Source: Camelus ferus (taxonomy: Eukaryota). From it: a stretch of 64,000 nucleotides of DNA. The stretch is taken from positions 81,656,001-81,720,000 of the forward strand of contig NC_045696.1 in the NCBI RefSeq assembly GCF_009834535.1, given 5' to 3'. The stretch's first letter is position 1, and each line of letters opens with the position of its first letter. The notes beneath the pieces were generated by a model. That model was not told the origin of the DNA. It saw only the letters and a list, made by a program, of their open reading frames with translations, and ran no database searches. The position numbers and the translations under genes were made by a program. This document shows positions 1 to 15,025 of this stretch, in pieces.

Positions 1-1020
1 TATATTGCACCTTCCTTTCTCCAGGTAATTGGTTCCATTTTAGTCCTGCTCAGAATTAAGTAAATTGTTACAATAACTCAAAAGACCTCTTCACTGGCTT
101 CAGTTTACTTACTTCCTGGCCAGCGAGGGACAGCTACAAAGGATGGTATTCACGTTAAGAATGTGACAAACTTTCTGTTCCTTAGAAATGGCTTCTAAAA
201 CACCTGGGCAACAATTTTCCAGAAATAAAGGTGACTACTAATGTTGTTATAAAAGGTGAATTTACCTCTAACCGCTTTTGTGAAGACTGAAGTAAAAAGT
301 ATAAAATACCTAGCTCAGTGCCTGGAACATGGTATTACTCAGTGGGGTAGCGTCCTCCTCCCTGATATTCAGATGCATGTACATTACATATATATATATA
401 TATAATTATATTAAAATATAGAGTTACATATACAAAGAGTACATAGATTTAATTATAAATGTGTTACATAAATTATAAAATGTAGCATCAACATAATACA
501 GATTGTGCTTTTGGAAACTTAAACTAAGAACAAAATTTATACGCTTTTAACTATAATAAGTATGCCATACATTAAGGGAAATTACCATTTCCCAAAATTC
601 ATAAGCAAAAGAATCATTGCCTTAGACAATTTGCTGAAAATTAAATGCAATCTGGACAGTGTCTTTGTGGCTATTGTGAAATGCAGATATGGAAATGTTC
701 TCATTATTTTAATTGCCCTAGGCATTGGAATTGGCTACAAACTTAATCTCTGTAGATGTTTTAAAGATGTTTTAAGGAACAAGACCAGTGAATCCATTGA
801 CAAGGAAAGAGAGTTATAAAGAACCAGCTAAAAAGTATCTTTATTCCTTGTAAAAAAAATCTTGTAAGTAATGGGAAATTGAGAAATGGGTTACACTGAA
901 TCCCAGCTCTAGATTGGATTGGAGTGAACCCAGCTTTTTCAGATCGCCTCCATCTCTATTTCTTTCTCTTCCTGTTTTTCTTATTCCTCTGATACTTTGT
1001 TTCTTTGGCTTTGCTTCTTT

Positions 1021-1931
1021 TTAAATTTGTTTTTATTGAAGCATAGTTGATTTACAATATTATATTGTTTTTTAGGTGTACAATATGATTCAAATTTTTT
1101 AATAGATTATACTTCACAAGTTATTATAAAATACTGGCTATAGTCCCTGTGCTGTACAAAATATCCTTGTAGCTTATTTATTTTATACATAATAGTTTGC
1201 ACCTCTTAATCCCCCTGCCCTATTTTGCCCCTCCCTTCTCCCCTCTCCCCACTGGTAATCACTTGTTTGTTCTCTATGTTTGTGAGTCTGTTTCTATTTC
1301 ATTGTATTAATTTGTTTGTTTTACTTTTTAGATTCCACATATAACTGATAACATACAATATTTTTCTTTCTCTGACTTATTTCACTAAACGTAATACCCT
1401 CTAGGTCCATCCATGCTGTTGCAAATGAACAAAATTTCATTCTTTTTATGGCTGAGTAATATTCCATTGCATACATGTACCACATCTTCTTTATCCACTC
1501 ATCTGTTGATGGACTCTTGAGTTGCTTCCGTATCTTAGATACTGCAAATAGTGCTGCTGTGAACATTGGGGTGCATGTGTCTTTTCAAATTAGTGTTTTC
1601 ATTTGCTTTGGATATATACCCAGGAGTGGGATTGCTGGATTATATGGTAGTTCTATTTTTAGTTTTTTAAGGAACCTCCATACTGTTTTTGATAGTGGCT
1701 GCAGCAATTTACATTCCCACTAACAGTATACAAGGGTTCCTTTTTCTCCACATCCTCTACAACATTTGTTATTTTGTGGTCTTTTTGATGATAGCCATTT
1801 TGACATGTATGAGGTGATATCTCATTGTGGTTTTGATTTGAATTCATCTGATGATTAGTGATCTTTTCATGTGTCTGCTGGTGGCCATCTGGATGCCTCC
1901 TTTGGAAAAATGTCTATTCAGGTCTCCATTG
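1021..1931 (-). mobile_element. 5'-truncated LINE-1 (ORF2 C-terminus + 3'UTR)
   Basis: ORF 1321..1566(-) gives L1 ORF2 C-terminal motifs ([27 protein letters not shown]). T-rich tail at ~1021-1035. Near-perfect 14-bp TSD GGCTTTGCTTCTTT (1007-1020) / GGCTCTGCTTCTTT (1932-1945). Confidence 0.93.
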
Positions 1932-2415
1932 GGCTCTGCTTCTTTGCAGTTCTTCTTGTTCAAGGCTTCTACTGTCTGGTGGGTCCCCTGGATTCCTCTC
2001 CACTCTACTGTTGGCTGAGTCTGTTCTTCTAGAGAGTCAGTGGCCACCCCATAGAGCACATCTGTCAGACCAAGCTCCAGTGCCAGGTCAGCACTAGCAC
2101 AGAGATGGCTGTTCTGGTTAAGCAGCTGCTCCAGGCTCTGTCCCAGGCACATGTGGCCAGGGGATTGATGTCATGTGATATTTACATTTGAGAAACTCCT
2201 CCAAGTGGTCTGTGGATGCACTTGGCACCAGTGTAACTGGCCAAAGAAAATAACCATTCCAGGAGAATGGCCTTTGCCGTCACTTCTAACTCTAAGAGTC
2301 TCTGACTGCCAATTCAGAGTAAGACTCAGCATATCCTGGATGACTGTTGCATGCCAGGTATTCTCCCACATACTGTCTCATTTATTTCTTGTAGCAAACC
2401 AGGCAGTGTTTTTAC

Positions 2416-3089
2416 CTTAGTTCATTGACTCTAAGATGCCACTAGTTGTAAACTGAATCGTTACTTTATGTACCACTAAAATTGAACAAATATTGCCAGT
2501 TAAATTCTGACACAATGCCCTCTTATCACTAAGCTTTTTATTGTGCACATATCAAAAGAGCATTCTTAGACTCATACAGATACAGCTGTTTGTATATACA
2601 CTGAAAGGAAAGTAATAGCAAAATAAATTAATTAAGGTGTTCTGAAAACCTCTTCCCTATTGGAGTCTGACTCTTCTGGATTACTTTTCCGTTGAGTTGT
2701 CCAAGAAAGCTTGTGTTTTTGCACCTTGATATCGTCCTCCAGTCCATCAAGTGCATTGGTGATTCTGCTGTTCTTTAAAAGGTGCTCCACTACTGTCTCT
2801 GAGATTTTCTTTCATGCTGCTGATACTCATTTTTCAGTTTTGATTCTAGGACACTGGTTTTATGCTATTTGAAGTTGTGGAAAATTTTCTGTCCCCAACA
2901 AGGACTCACAACTCTTCCTCTGATTGTTCTCAAAGGGTCAGAAGGAGTCATCCAGTCACGGCACCACAATAACAATAAGTTCACACATCCACAGGCCGTA
3001 ATGGCCATGTCACAACCGCCCTCTACCATGAAGACTCCAATTGTAAGATGTTTACATGACAAAAGTTATCTTAGAATCAACAAAATAGG
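2416..3089 (-). mobile_element. TcMar-Tc2 (Kanga/MER104-like) DNA transposon fossil with pogo-type transposase remnant
   Basis: Imperfect terminal inverted repeats: left CCTTAGTTCATTGACTCTAAGATGC, right reverse complement CCTATTTTGTTGATTCTAAGATAAC, both resembling Tc2 termini CCGTATTTCATCGATTCTAAG. Minus strand 2731-2829 reads *VSAA*KKISETVVEHLLKNSRITNALDGLEDD, like the pogo DDE transposase C-terminus. Confidence 0.8.
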
Positions 3090-3159
3090 ATTACTACCAA
3101 TTTATAGGTGAGGCTAAGGGTCATTCCACCTGGTTTGCTATGGGAGAGGTGGGAAGAAA

Positions 3160-3355
3160 ATTAAGTTACTGAGCATCTCCTTGTTTGGGTATTCTAGACA
3201 CCTCCTTTGTGTCAGGTCACTTAATGCTTAGAAAAACTCTTTGAAGTATATGTTGCTTTTACAGATAAGAAAACTAAGGCCAGATGGTTAAAGAACTTGC
3301 CCGTGACTATAGGTCATCAAATGGCAGAGCCAGAATATAAAACCAGGTCTTTCTT
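3160..3355 (-). mobile_element. MIR SINE
   Basis: MIR core in reverse: TTTTACAGATAAGAAAACTAAGGC...GGTTAAAGAACTTGCCC...TGGCAGAGCCAGAA. Confidence 0.75.
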
Positions 3356-4389
3356 ATTCGCAGCTAGGCCAGTCCATAAAGGTTGGAATGGGAGTAGAAG
3401 ACTGGATAAGAAAGATGACTATTATTTGGAGAAAGCATTCTTTAACAGACAGCAAACTATATATCAAAGATACACATAAATGAGTGGATGTAGCTCCCTG
3501 GTGTCTGAGGTGTGGAAGTTAGTGCTGCCTGTATAGTGGGAGAGACCAGCCCCTAGCTTGCTGCCTCTTGTACCCAAGGCTTTCATGGGGTCTCATCCTT
3601 ATCAGCTCTCCAGGGCCTGGCACATATCACACAGAAAAGTCACACTACGCTGGTTATATCCTGCATTCATTTCTCACTGTATCATCCAGCCTCCGGCACA
3701 TCTGACCGTGGCTACTGAGTCCAAAGCTCTTACTTGATTTTTTCTGTTCTTTTATTGTTGTTGCTGTTGGTGGTGATGGTGGTTTATTTGGCCCTAAAGT
3801 ACTAAAAGGATTTCATTTTTTTAGTAGGTATCAAAGACATAATTTAACTGATTTTTCCTTTCATTTCATTCAACAGACAATAATGAAAAAGGAAGTTATC
3901 TAGTATAAAAAGAAATGGAGGCACGACTGTTTCAGTGTGTTGTACCTGAAAGTAAGATTTCCGCTGTGGGCAGAAGCTTATGGCTGGAATATTCTGGGTT
4001 ATTATTTCAGATTATGTTGTTGCTATGAGCTCCTCAAACTCTTGGCAGGCACCCAGAGGGTTGTGTGCCTAAGATGAAAAGGCAAAGGACAGGAAGTCAG
4101 AACAAGATGGGGCAAGAGCTCTCCATGACACAGGTGGGTTGATGAGGTCCACTGTTCAGTTCTAGTTGACCAGATGTTCCCAAGGCATAGCTGTAGGAGG
4201 TGGGACCACCTGCTGTTCTATGAAGTCACCACAGACAGTTTAATTCCCAGCTCCATGAAATGCCCTTAGACAGAAGTCACTGGTGTGGACTCAAGGTTGC
4301 TCACCCTGTCCTGGACTCCCTTCCCACCCAGAACAAGCAATTCACAGAGCAGTCTCTGTCAAGGTCTGTGAGATGGGTCAATTTCAACA

Positions 4390-4620
4390 GCAACAGTAAA
4401 TAACCACCAGGTATTAAGAACATACGAGGTTTCAGTTGTTTCACACATTTTATCTCATTCAAGCCTCACAACCATCCTACTGAATACTTACTATCACCCC
4501 CATTTTAAAATAAGGATACTAAGATTTGGAGTGGGTTAAGCAACTTTCCAAAGTTCACACAGCCAGCAAACAGGTGAGTTAGCACTTGAATCAAGGTCTG
4601 AGCGACTGCCCAGACTGTCC
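4390..4620 (-). mobile_element. MIR SINE
   Basis: TTATCTCATTCAAGCCTCACAACCATCCT...CCCCATTTTA...GGTTAAGCAACTTTCCAAAGTTCACACAGC. Confidence 0.75.
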
Positions 4621-4944
4621 TCTGTCTGCTGGGCTGCACTGCCTCACCATTTGGGTACCCAGGGCCTGGACTGGTGTTACCTATGATGACCAAGCAAAGA
4701 GCCCTACTCCAGGAAGAAAAAATCCTCACTGCTGAGTTAGTATCTATGACTCTTGGCATCTATTTCTTTTGTTCTGAGTTTTCACTGACCCCTATGCAGG
4801 AAATTCTTCTTGAAAGGATTCAGCTCTGCATTCTTGGTCATGCTATTATAATGTTCACCAGATTACTTGTTATATGAGTATTTAGCAATGAGTTTACCAC
4901 CGACATTGCAGTTACTTGTGCTCAGGCTTGTTTTACTCTCATAG

Positions 4945-5035
4945 GTTATGACACTATGAGGAGCAAGAATCTTATCTTTCTATTCATCTTTCCATGCATT
5001 TAGTAGACGCTCAATAAATGTTTGTTGCAGAATTC
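4945..5035 (+). mobile_element. L2 3' end fragment
   Basis: ATGAGGAGCAAGAATCTTATC...TAGTAGACGCTCAATAAATGTTTGTTG, a typical L2 terminus. Confidence 0.65.
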
Positions 5036-6364
5036 ATGAGTATTTGTTATGTCTAAACGAACTGCTGTTGAAGAGTGGATAAGAATTTTCAGGTGTTCAC
5101 AAATGGCATTCCCTTTGGTAGATCAAGTCCCAAATTGCTGAGCAGTTTGGAAACTGCTTAATTGGTTTGGGCACAGCATCATTATTTCCAGTAGCAAATC
5201 CCATTTTTACGTTCCTTTTTACCTGCCAAGAACTGTGTTCAACTTGTAATTTTTTTCTAATCTATTTAGTAACCCTGGATATAAATTTTATTGTTTTCAT
5301 TTTTAAGATGAAGAAAGTGAAGCTTAGAGAGGTCACGTCATCTGCCCAAGATTACAGAGGCAGCGGGTGGTGTTGGGCTGCTCATCCTAGGAGGTCTGCA
5401 TTCATCCCCTACATCTTCATACATCTCATAACCAAGGTCTAAGGCAAAAATAAGAACCCCAAAGATTTTTCTGATATGTATTTTATGCAGTGAGTAGCTT
5501 TTCTGAAAGCTAAACTGCTTTACCTTTGTGTAGCATTTTAGGATGTATTAAATGCCTATGCACATATCACCTTACTTGATTTTCACCCAAGCCTTATAAG
5601 ATCTCATCTTTATTTTTATAGTCCAGAGAATTTATAATTTTACTGGATCAGAACGATTGGAAAACCTACCCCAGGACACAGTGGACAGAAGTAGCGCAGC
5701 CAGAACTAATCACAAGATTTTTGTGGTTTCCACTACATGACTCAACATCCCAAAGATAGCAAGGAATCCCAAAAGACTGAACGGAGAAGCAGTCAGCAGA
5801 CGGGCTCTAGTCTAACACTATGGAAACAGAATTGAAAGTCAAGTATGTGCTAAAACATAATGCTTCAAGCATGCACACTTAAAGAACATATATAGCAAAC
5901 ACATTTCATTGGTGATTGGGCATGGTTTCCATGGCAGTATGACTTATTTCCAGTAGAATTTGTCAACTAAAATAGGAGGTTTCCCCTCATTAAGGAAAAC
6001 AAACAAAAAGTTCATCAATATTTGTTTTTCCATTATGCAAAGATCACAATGTTTGGTTATGGCGAAGAGACAATAATTCTTCACCACAGAACAAACAGGA
6101 AATAAGGTCACCATTGTTTGTCTAGAACAAAATGGATTCCTGTTGGTCTCAGGGAGCAGCAGCAAACGAAGGACACCGGCTGCCCAACGTGCTACGCCAA
6201 GGCCACTTGCAATGCCAGCAAGTGTCCTAGAATACAAAGAAGTTCACATTGGCTTTCCTCAAGTGGAAAAAAATTTTAAGAGAAAAAAGGATTTTTTATG
6301 GGCAGGAGGACTTAGCCTTGAAAGGAGCAAGGATGCCCAGAACTAGAAGAAAACAACAAGAATG

Positions 6365-6600
6365 CAAGCTAACATTTATTGTGTTCCTTCCCCATCAGAC
6401 ATCACTCTAAGGGCCTCCTGCAAATGATCTCAGTCTCTCTTCCCAATCATCCCATGAGGTCAGTACTATTCCTATTCCTAAGTTACAGATGTGAAAACCG
6501 ATGCACAAGCTGGTCAGCGTCTTGCCTGAGCTGGGAATGGCAAAGCTAGGATTTGAGTTCTGGAAGTATGGCCCCAGACCTACACTTTAAACCACTCTTC
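6365..6600 (-). mobile_element. MIR SINE
   Basis: GCTAACATTTATTG...CCCATGAGGT...TTACAGATGTGAAAAC...GGCAAAGCTAGGATTTGAG. Confidence 0.75.
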
Positions 6601-7249
6601 TATGTAGGCAAGGAAATAAAAAGGAGAAAGTTTTGTGTCCAAGATCCCACAGTGACTTAAGTGACTGAACTTAAGGTCTTGGACTACAGGTTCACTGGCA
6701 TTTCCATCAGGCCAGCTGGCTCCTCACGCACAGGCCAAAGTGTTCGGAGAAGGAAGAGACTCAGGAGGAGCAGAGCGGTCAGGGTGCTAAAGGCACCTGT
6801 TTTTCTCACGCTTTTTAAAAACACACTCACCCCTCTAATTTCCAACTGGTTCTCTTCAAAACTCCCTGGATAGCCCAAACTCTGCTAAAGCTACTATAAG
6901 GATGTGCCCCAGTTTTGGTGGGGCTACAATCTGATTATCTGATAACTACTGAGCCACAGATTTGAACTTGAAATTCCTTTGCCATGCAGCGACTGTTGTG
7001 TTTGGAGGAATGGGGTTTGATCCGCATTCCTTTTAGTCAAGGAGTGATGATGTTGTAAAATAGCTGCATTCCACACACCCGCTATCTTCTCTGACCTCGT
7101 ACAGAAAAATATCTTGATTATAAACGGGGACATTGGCAGCTACCTGGTGAGACTGAAAGCCAAAAAAGTTTGTCTATGAGCTTGACTGTGAAGAGAAACA
7201 TGGGGGAGGCAGTTTTGCTTAGCGATTAATAATGTCACTTCTGTAAGTG

Positions 7250-7425
7250 GGTCAAATCTCAGCTCCAACATCTACCAAGTCAGTCATCTTGAGCAAGTTA
7301 CGTAACTCCTCTAAGCCTCGGTTTCCTCGTCTATTAAATGGGGCTAATGATACCACCCTCACAATGTTGTCAAAATGAGGCAAGATAAGCAATCTAAAGC
7401 AGCTCTAACAGCAGCTGGCACACTC
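7250..7425 (+). mobile_element. MIR SINE
   Basis: TCAAATCTCAGCTCC...TTGAGCAAGTTACGTAACTCCTCTAAGCCTCGGTTTCCTCGTCTATTAAATGGGG. Confidence 0.8.
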
Positions 7426-7429
7426 TCAG

Positions 7430-7775
7430 CCTCACCCCCTGCTTCCTTTGCCCCCTGCACTCCAACAATACTGACGTTCTCTCAGTTCCCCAAACTGCCA
7501 TGTTCTCTGAGCCTTCACTCTGCCTGGAAGGCTCTTCCCCTTTTGTCCTCTTGAAAAAATCCCTCCTCATTCTTCAAGTTTAGCTCAAGTGCTTCATGAC
7601 TCACCCAGGCAGTCCTACTTCTCTCTTCCATCCTTCCATGGTTTCTAGTCTTTCACTGTAATAATACTTATTGAACTGTAACTATTTGCCAGCATGTCTT
7701 TGTCTTCACTCTGTTTCCTGAGTGTACATTAACCCTTGGGGCCCAGTGCAGAGCCATTGCTTATTGAATGAACTA
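7430..7775 (+). mobile_element. L2 fragment
   Basis: Pyrimidine-rich L2 3' region (CTCTGCCTGGAAGGCTCTTCCCC...TCATTCTTCAAGTTTAGCTCAAGTG) ending TATTGAATGAA. Confidence 0.6.
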
Positions 7776-8813
7776 CATTCAGTAAGGAGTCATTGAATAG
7801 ATGAAGAGGCAAATACTGAGTTTCAGTATAAAGTCCAGGCTTATATTTAGTAAAATAAGAAAATCTTCTGCAGGTATGAGCAATCTAATTTAATCAATCA
7901 GGAAGGCTCTAACCATAAAATCTAAAGTTTATTCCTGTTAGAGTTTTAATTGAAATCCAAAGCTTTAGAAATTACAGTCCAAGCATAATTAGACCCAGAA
8001 GAGATTATAGATCATTTTGTGACAGGAGACTCACAAAGCCAGTGGAAGGAGGCTAAGATCATGACCCAACTTGCACCTGAGAAATTCGACAGGATTCAAA
8101 GTCATGTCCCAAACAGCAAATTGTCATTGATTTTTTGCCACCTAGTAACTATTCTGAATAATAATGCCCTAAGAGACATGAGTATATAAAAGCACATCAA
8201 GAATAACTAGGAATTATCTTGCACACTAAACTCAAGGTCTATGGAAATAGTTATATCCCTTTCATTGTTCCAAAGGGATATCCAGTTCCTGGACGGTTTC
8301 ACCGTAGTGGAAATAGAGCTAACAGCTAAGTCTGGAAGCCAGCCCATTCATCCAGTTCAAAGCTTCTCTGGTCTAGACTGCTTTAGCAGGCAGGATACCA
8401 GCAGACTGATAAGGGCAAATATTTCCACATTTTCTAAATCAGAACTGAGGGACTGTGCACTAGAAAAAAAAAAAAACAACTGAAGACTCACTGCAGAATG
8501 CCACCTGCCACCTCTCATGTAGCCTGATGACCAGATGGTGTAAAGTTGCATCAGCTCACAACCAGTGGAAAGAGTGGAAGTCAGTGGTATCAGGATAAAG
8601 ACCAGGTATCCCAGAGGCTTCTGGGTAAAGGCCCTAAAGAGAAGAGGGAAAGACAAAACTTAGTCTGAGATAGGTCCCACAAGAATTTTTCACCTGTAGC
8701 TGGATTAGGCAGGATGTCTCAGGCTTGGAGGGGACTCTGAGGTTACATAAATGCTTTTATAGGCTACATTTTCTTGTGTAGACACCATCGGCAGTGTCAT
8801 GTTTGGAAGGTAG

Positions 8814-8841
8814 GTGTGTGTGTGTGTGTGTTTGTGTGTGT
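8814..8841. repeat. (GT)n microsatellite, one interruption
   Basis: Seen directly. Confidence 0.9.
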
Positions 8842-9785
8842 ATGCATAAGAACATCACTATATATTCTTCAAGCTACAGGACAATCTGATACTCTTAAAA
8901 ACATCAATACTGGAAAGGCAGAAGTGTATCCAGACTGAGACCGGCAGAATCTAGTCTACAAGGCTTCTTGTGGCCGCCTGAGGGGCAGCTGTGTATGTGT
9001 GCCTTTTGCAAGATGAAAACCTTGGCAATTCCAGAAACTGATGCCTAATTCCATTTCACTGGTGTTAAAAAAATATTTCAACTCTTATACTCTCACAAGT
9101 ACAATGAATTGTGTACTGGCCACATGTGGAGGCAATGCTGTGATGGTCTTACACTTCAAGTTAAGGTCAAAAAAACTCCAGCTGTGAATGCAACATGTGG
9201 ATTCTAAATTCTCTCGTCTATTAATTTCCCCTGCCTGGAGAAGCTAATGTCAACTCAATGTGATACTTGCTTTGCACAATAAAGAATCCAGTTTACATTT
9301 CTCATCACTTTCCCACTTGGTTGTTTTTAGGTTTCATAGGACAGTGGTTATCCTCCTCCATGGGGTGGGCACTCGATGCGATTGATGCTTCCACTGTTTA
9401 CTCCCTCACTGATTCCTCCCCAGAATGGAGTGACTACTTTTCCTAGTGGCTCTGGGAGAGGAATCAGGCAACAGGAGTTCAGTCCTTTCCTCTCTCCGTC
9501 CTCTAGGGAATCAGCTGCTCACAGACAGAGTGTTCTGTTCTGATTCTCTTATGCTCTAAGTTTTGCAGTCAGAGAGTACCATATGGGACGCTGCTGGCTG
9601 TCTAGATGAGCTTGTGACCGGGTGGGTAAGTCTGCCTGATTCTGGGGTGCTGTACTGGAAGCTCCTTCTTGCTGCACTTAAACCACATTCACCATCTAGC
9701 CTTTACCAGCAAAAGAGCTGATATGTTGGACTCCATCTCCCTGACCATTCTGTATCTCCCAATTGATTCAAAACTGGGTCAGGGA

Positions 9786-11654
<1,869 letters not shown>

Positions 11655-12989
11655 AAAACTGGGTCAGGGAAAGGAAGTATACTTAAAGGCTTCCTAAAAC
11701 CCCAATAGGTTTGTAGACACAGTTGATATTACCCAGTGTTTTACTACGTTGTCTTTGCCACAGCAGGACAGATGGCAGTGTCTACCAGGCCTCTGGTCCT
11801 TCAGGAAGACACCCAGTAATAAACTGGATCTCTAGGATAAAAGCCCTCTGCAGTGAAATCTGCAGTGTTTACCGATTTCTGTGGTGCAAAAACCCACACA
11901 GTGGCTGATTTCAAAATACTCTGGGGACGTCATTGAACAGAATTGGGAGGAAATGTACGAAATGTGCTCCCTCCAGCCACTAAAGAGCCAGCTCAGCAAC
12001 TTGGTGCACCTCTCCAGAGCCAGAAAAAGCATCCTTTCAGAGAGGCAGATGGCTGTGGCACCTATCTAGACACCCACCTCTCAGCTGGAACTCCTGTTTG
12101 GTGATAGTTTGCTGCCCTAACTGAGAACTGGCTGAACTGCAGGGAAAGGCCAAGCTTTTGTGGCCATATTCAGGGGCAAGTTTTCTATCAGTTCAATAGA
12201 TAATTAAAAGAAACAAGATGAGAACAAGGTCACCTTGCAGGTGGCCACACCAGGAGCCAGCCCAACCTGGATTAGAAGGACTGTCTTTCTAACTTCTTGC
12301 AGTTATACACTCCTTGGTCTTACTTTGGAGTTTGATAATCACTTCCCCATCACATGGGAAAGGTCTTTTTTCTATCTGTGGCCCTGATTTCTAAGCAATA
12401 GACATACTCGAGTTAGAATTCTGCATACTAGTTGGGTGATCACAGGCTGGTTGCTCTCACCAATCTGATTCTTAATTTCCATATTTGAAAAAATAGAGAT
12501 TGTGATATTTTCATAGACAATTGTTGGAAATATTATAAATGATGTTTCTAAAACAGCTAGGATGGTGTGTGGCATGTGGCGGGCACAGGGGTGCAGACAC
12601 AGCCCTAGGAGGTGGAGTGGGGAGACCTCCAGTCAGTGCAGCTCCTTTTGATTGCCTTCCTATTTCCTCAATTTGTGATGTTTACAAATTTCATCCTCTT
12701 TGCCAGACTGCATGCCTATTGTCCTTCTAACTCCACCTTCTTCTGACCTCCCTCTCAGAAGTCACCACTCTCAAGGAGCCACAAGAACTGTTTGCAGAAG
12801 TTTGTGGAGGCAGGGCCCTTGCTCCTAGCAGTGGGTAAAGAAAGAAATGTCCTTGACATATTCTATATTACTAGCATTTTTTTCATGTTTTAAAATACAC
12901 ATTCTAAGTGCATGCATAATATTCCATTTAGTAGACAAACCGTATTTTGTCATAATTTTCTTAACTAGATCCTTAATTAGGTTGTTTTC

Positions 12990-13156
12990 TATCTGTCTAT
13001 CTATCTATTTATTATTGTATTATTTAATTATTTTTATTTTGGCAGGGAGGAGGTAATTAGGTTTATTCATTTACTGGAGGCACTGGGGATTGAACCCAGG
13101 ACATCATGCATGCTAAGCATGTGCTCTACCACTTGAGCTATACCCTCCTTCCACCA
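12990..13156 (-). mobile_element. Camelid tRNA-Ala-derived SINE (Vic-1-like)
   Basis: Minus strand 13148-13075 reads GGAGGGTATAGCTCAAGTGGTAGAGCACATGCTTAGCATGCATGATGTCCTGGGTTCAATCCCCAGTGCCTCCA (A box, B box), then AAACCTAATTACCTCC and an A-rich tail. 11-bp TSD AGGTTGTTTTC at 12979-12989 and 13157-13167. Confidence 0.92.
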
Positions 13157-13514
13157 AGGTTGTTTTCAATACTTCACTACTCACTAAAAAATACTTCGTT
13201 GAACATCTATGTGCAAAAATGTTTACCTACATTCATACTATGCCTTTAGAAGAGAATACACACACACACACATATCTTCCGTGAAATGTTAGTGTTTTTA
13301 TATATAGCAAGCAAGAAATGTCTGCCTAAAGAAACACCTTTGAAGCCATTTCAAGTCCTACCAAGGAAAGCCGGGCAGTTTGCTTCAGGTCAACCCACAG
13401 TGATCATCTAGATCAATTTCCTCCTCCCTCAGTACTCTCCCATTATTTTCATATATAATTCCTAAAATAATCCAGTAAATCCAGAACAAAAAATTACCTC
13501 AGGATCTGTAAGTT

Positions 13515-13950
13515 TGTTCTTAGGGTGGGTTCCCCAAGAAGCACTGTGAAACAAAGATTCAAGTGCAAGCAGTCTACCTGGCGGTGAAGGAGCGGAAAGG
13601 TGAGAAGGAAGCCAGTAAGGATGCCTGCGGAGCCAGTTACCACCGTGGGTAACTGAAACTTCACTACGTGGAGGCAGTGTCAATGTGCCTCCTCAGAGAT
13701 ATCCCACTCCAGGCACGTGGTCCTTCCTGTTAGTCACTAACTGAAAGGCCCTGCTGGAAGGCGCGAATACCCTGGCACTTCCTGGGGCATAGGTGAGCAA
13801 CATGGCCACTTCTGTGGCCAGGGAAAGCCCTCAAGCGAAGGAATGGAGCATGGGAGCTGGAGGTCCACTGCCACGCACTGAAGTTGTAGGGCCGAGAGCA
13901 TGTGGGTGAGAGACCAGCAGCACCTGCTAGAGGCTACCCTAGAACACACA
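13515..13950 (-). mobile_element. Old ERVL-class solo LTR (LTR16/LTR33-like)
   Basis: Starts TGTTCTTAGGGTGGGTTCCCCAAGAAGCA...CAAAGATTCAAGTGCAAGCAGT, resembling the reverse end of LTR16-type consensus. Confidence 0.6.
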
Positions 13951-14869
13951 GCTGAGTTCCTGGAATGTGGCTGTCGCTGTAAGTTGTGACAAACCAGTCC
14001 CTAAATGAGGCCGTTCATGATCTGAAATCCATCTTCTCCATCCTATTATACACCTGTTGAACACTGGATGAGCTGTGTAAACAGATCACACACAATAGGA
14101 GAAAGTAGGTATGACTTCACATCTAGGAAGATGACAACAAGCGTTCATAGACGGCCTTTTAGTCTGCCAGTCTTGATAAGCACTCGAATACACAGGTGAA
14201 TTCAACACAGTCCCTGCCTGTGAGGAGCTTACTTTACAGGCTGGTGGAAGACCAGAAGGTGGGATCTGAGAGCAGAGGAGACCTGTGGTCTGCTGTCCAA
14301 GCAGATAACCTGAGAGGCACCAATACCCCCAGGAAGAAGTACCTACTTGGTACATCTAAGCGGACAGGACCTTGGAGACCCTCAAAGACTTCCCCAGCCC
14401 CAGTGTGAGCCTGAAGTGGAGAATGGTCCCACACAATCCCCAGAGGGCCTGCAGGGTGAACATCATGGGCCTAAGAAAGGCACGAAAGCAGCAGAGAAAA
14501 TTGTTCGGCATGAAGGGTGTTTGTTATGACATTGAGGAATGCTGGACGTGACCTGGGGGCAGGATGGATGGCTTAGTGGGCCCTAGTGCTAGCAGATGAC
14601 AACTAAGAACCAGATGCCTCCCCTCCCACCCCAAAGTCCTCCCAGACCTTGGGTGGAACCAGGGAAGTTGGGAGTGAGGCATTCTGGACTGACTAAGAAT
14701 TCTACATCTGGCAGGATGGGATCTTGTCATACAAATTCTATTGAGTTATAGACAAATGAAGCAGGAATATTTCTTCTATACTCAAATTTGTGGATCAAAA
14801 GCTGTACTCACTGCTCAGTGATCCCCCTAATGCCATGTTGTTTTCATCCACAAATCTCCCAGACCAGTG

Positions 14870-15025
14870 AAGTAAAGAGGGCATAGTTCCTGGAGTCAGA
14901 TAGACTTTGATTCAAGTCCTAACTCTCTTGATTCCAGTCCCAGGATGTATGATTATGGGCAAATGAACAGTATTTAAACGCCTCATGTAAAATGGTGGTT
15001 AGTGTAAGGATTAGTACAATAAGAC
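14870..15025 (+). mobile_element. MIR SINE
   Basis: CTGGAGTCAGATAGACTTTGATTCAAGTCCTAACTCT...TGGGCAAATGA...CTCATGTAAAATGG. Confidence 0.65.

Noticed and set aside
7886..7896. DUX-type motif TAATTTAATCA (also TAATTCAATCA at 63224-63234)
   Set aside because: By rough estimate about one hit is expected by chance in 64 kb of AT-rich DNA.
13075..13148. tRNA-Ala(AGC) gene
   Set aside because: It is the head of a SINE, with tail and TSD and an imperfect acceptor stem, not a functional tRNA gene.
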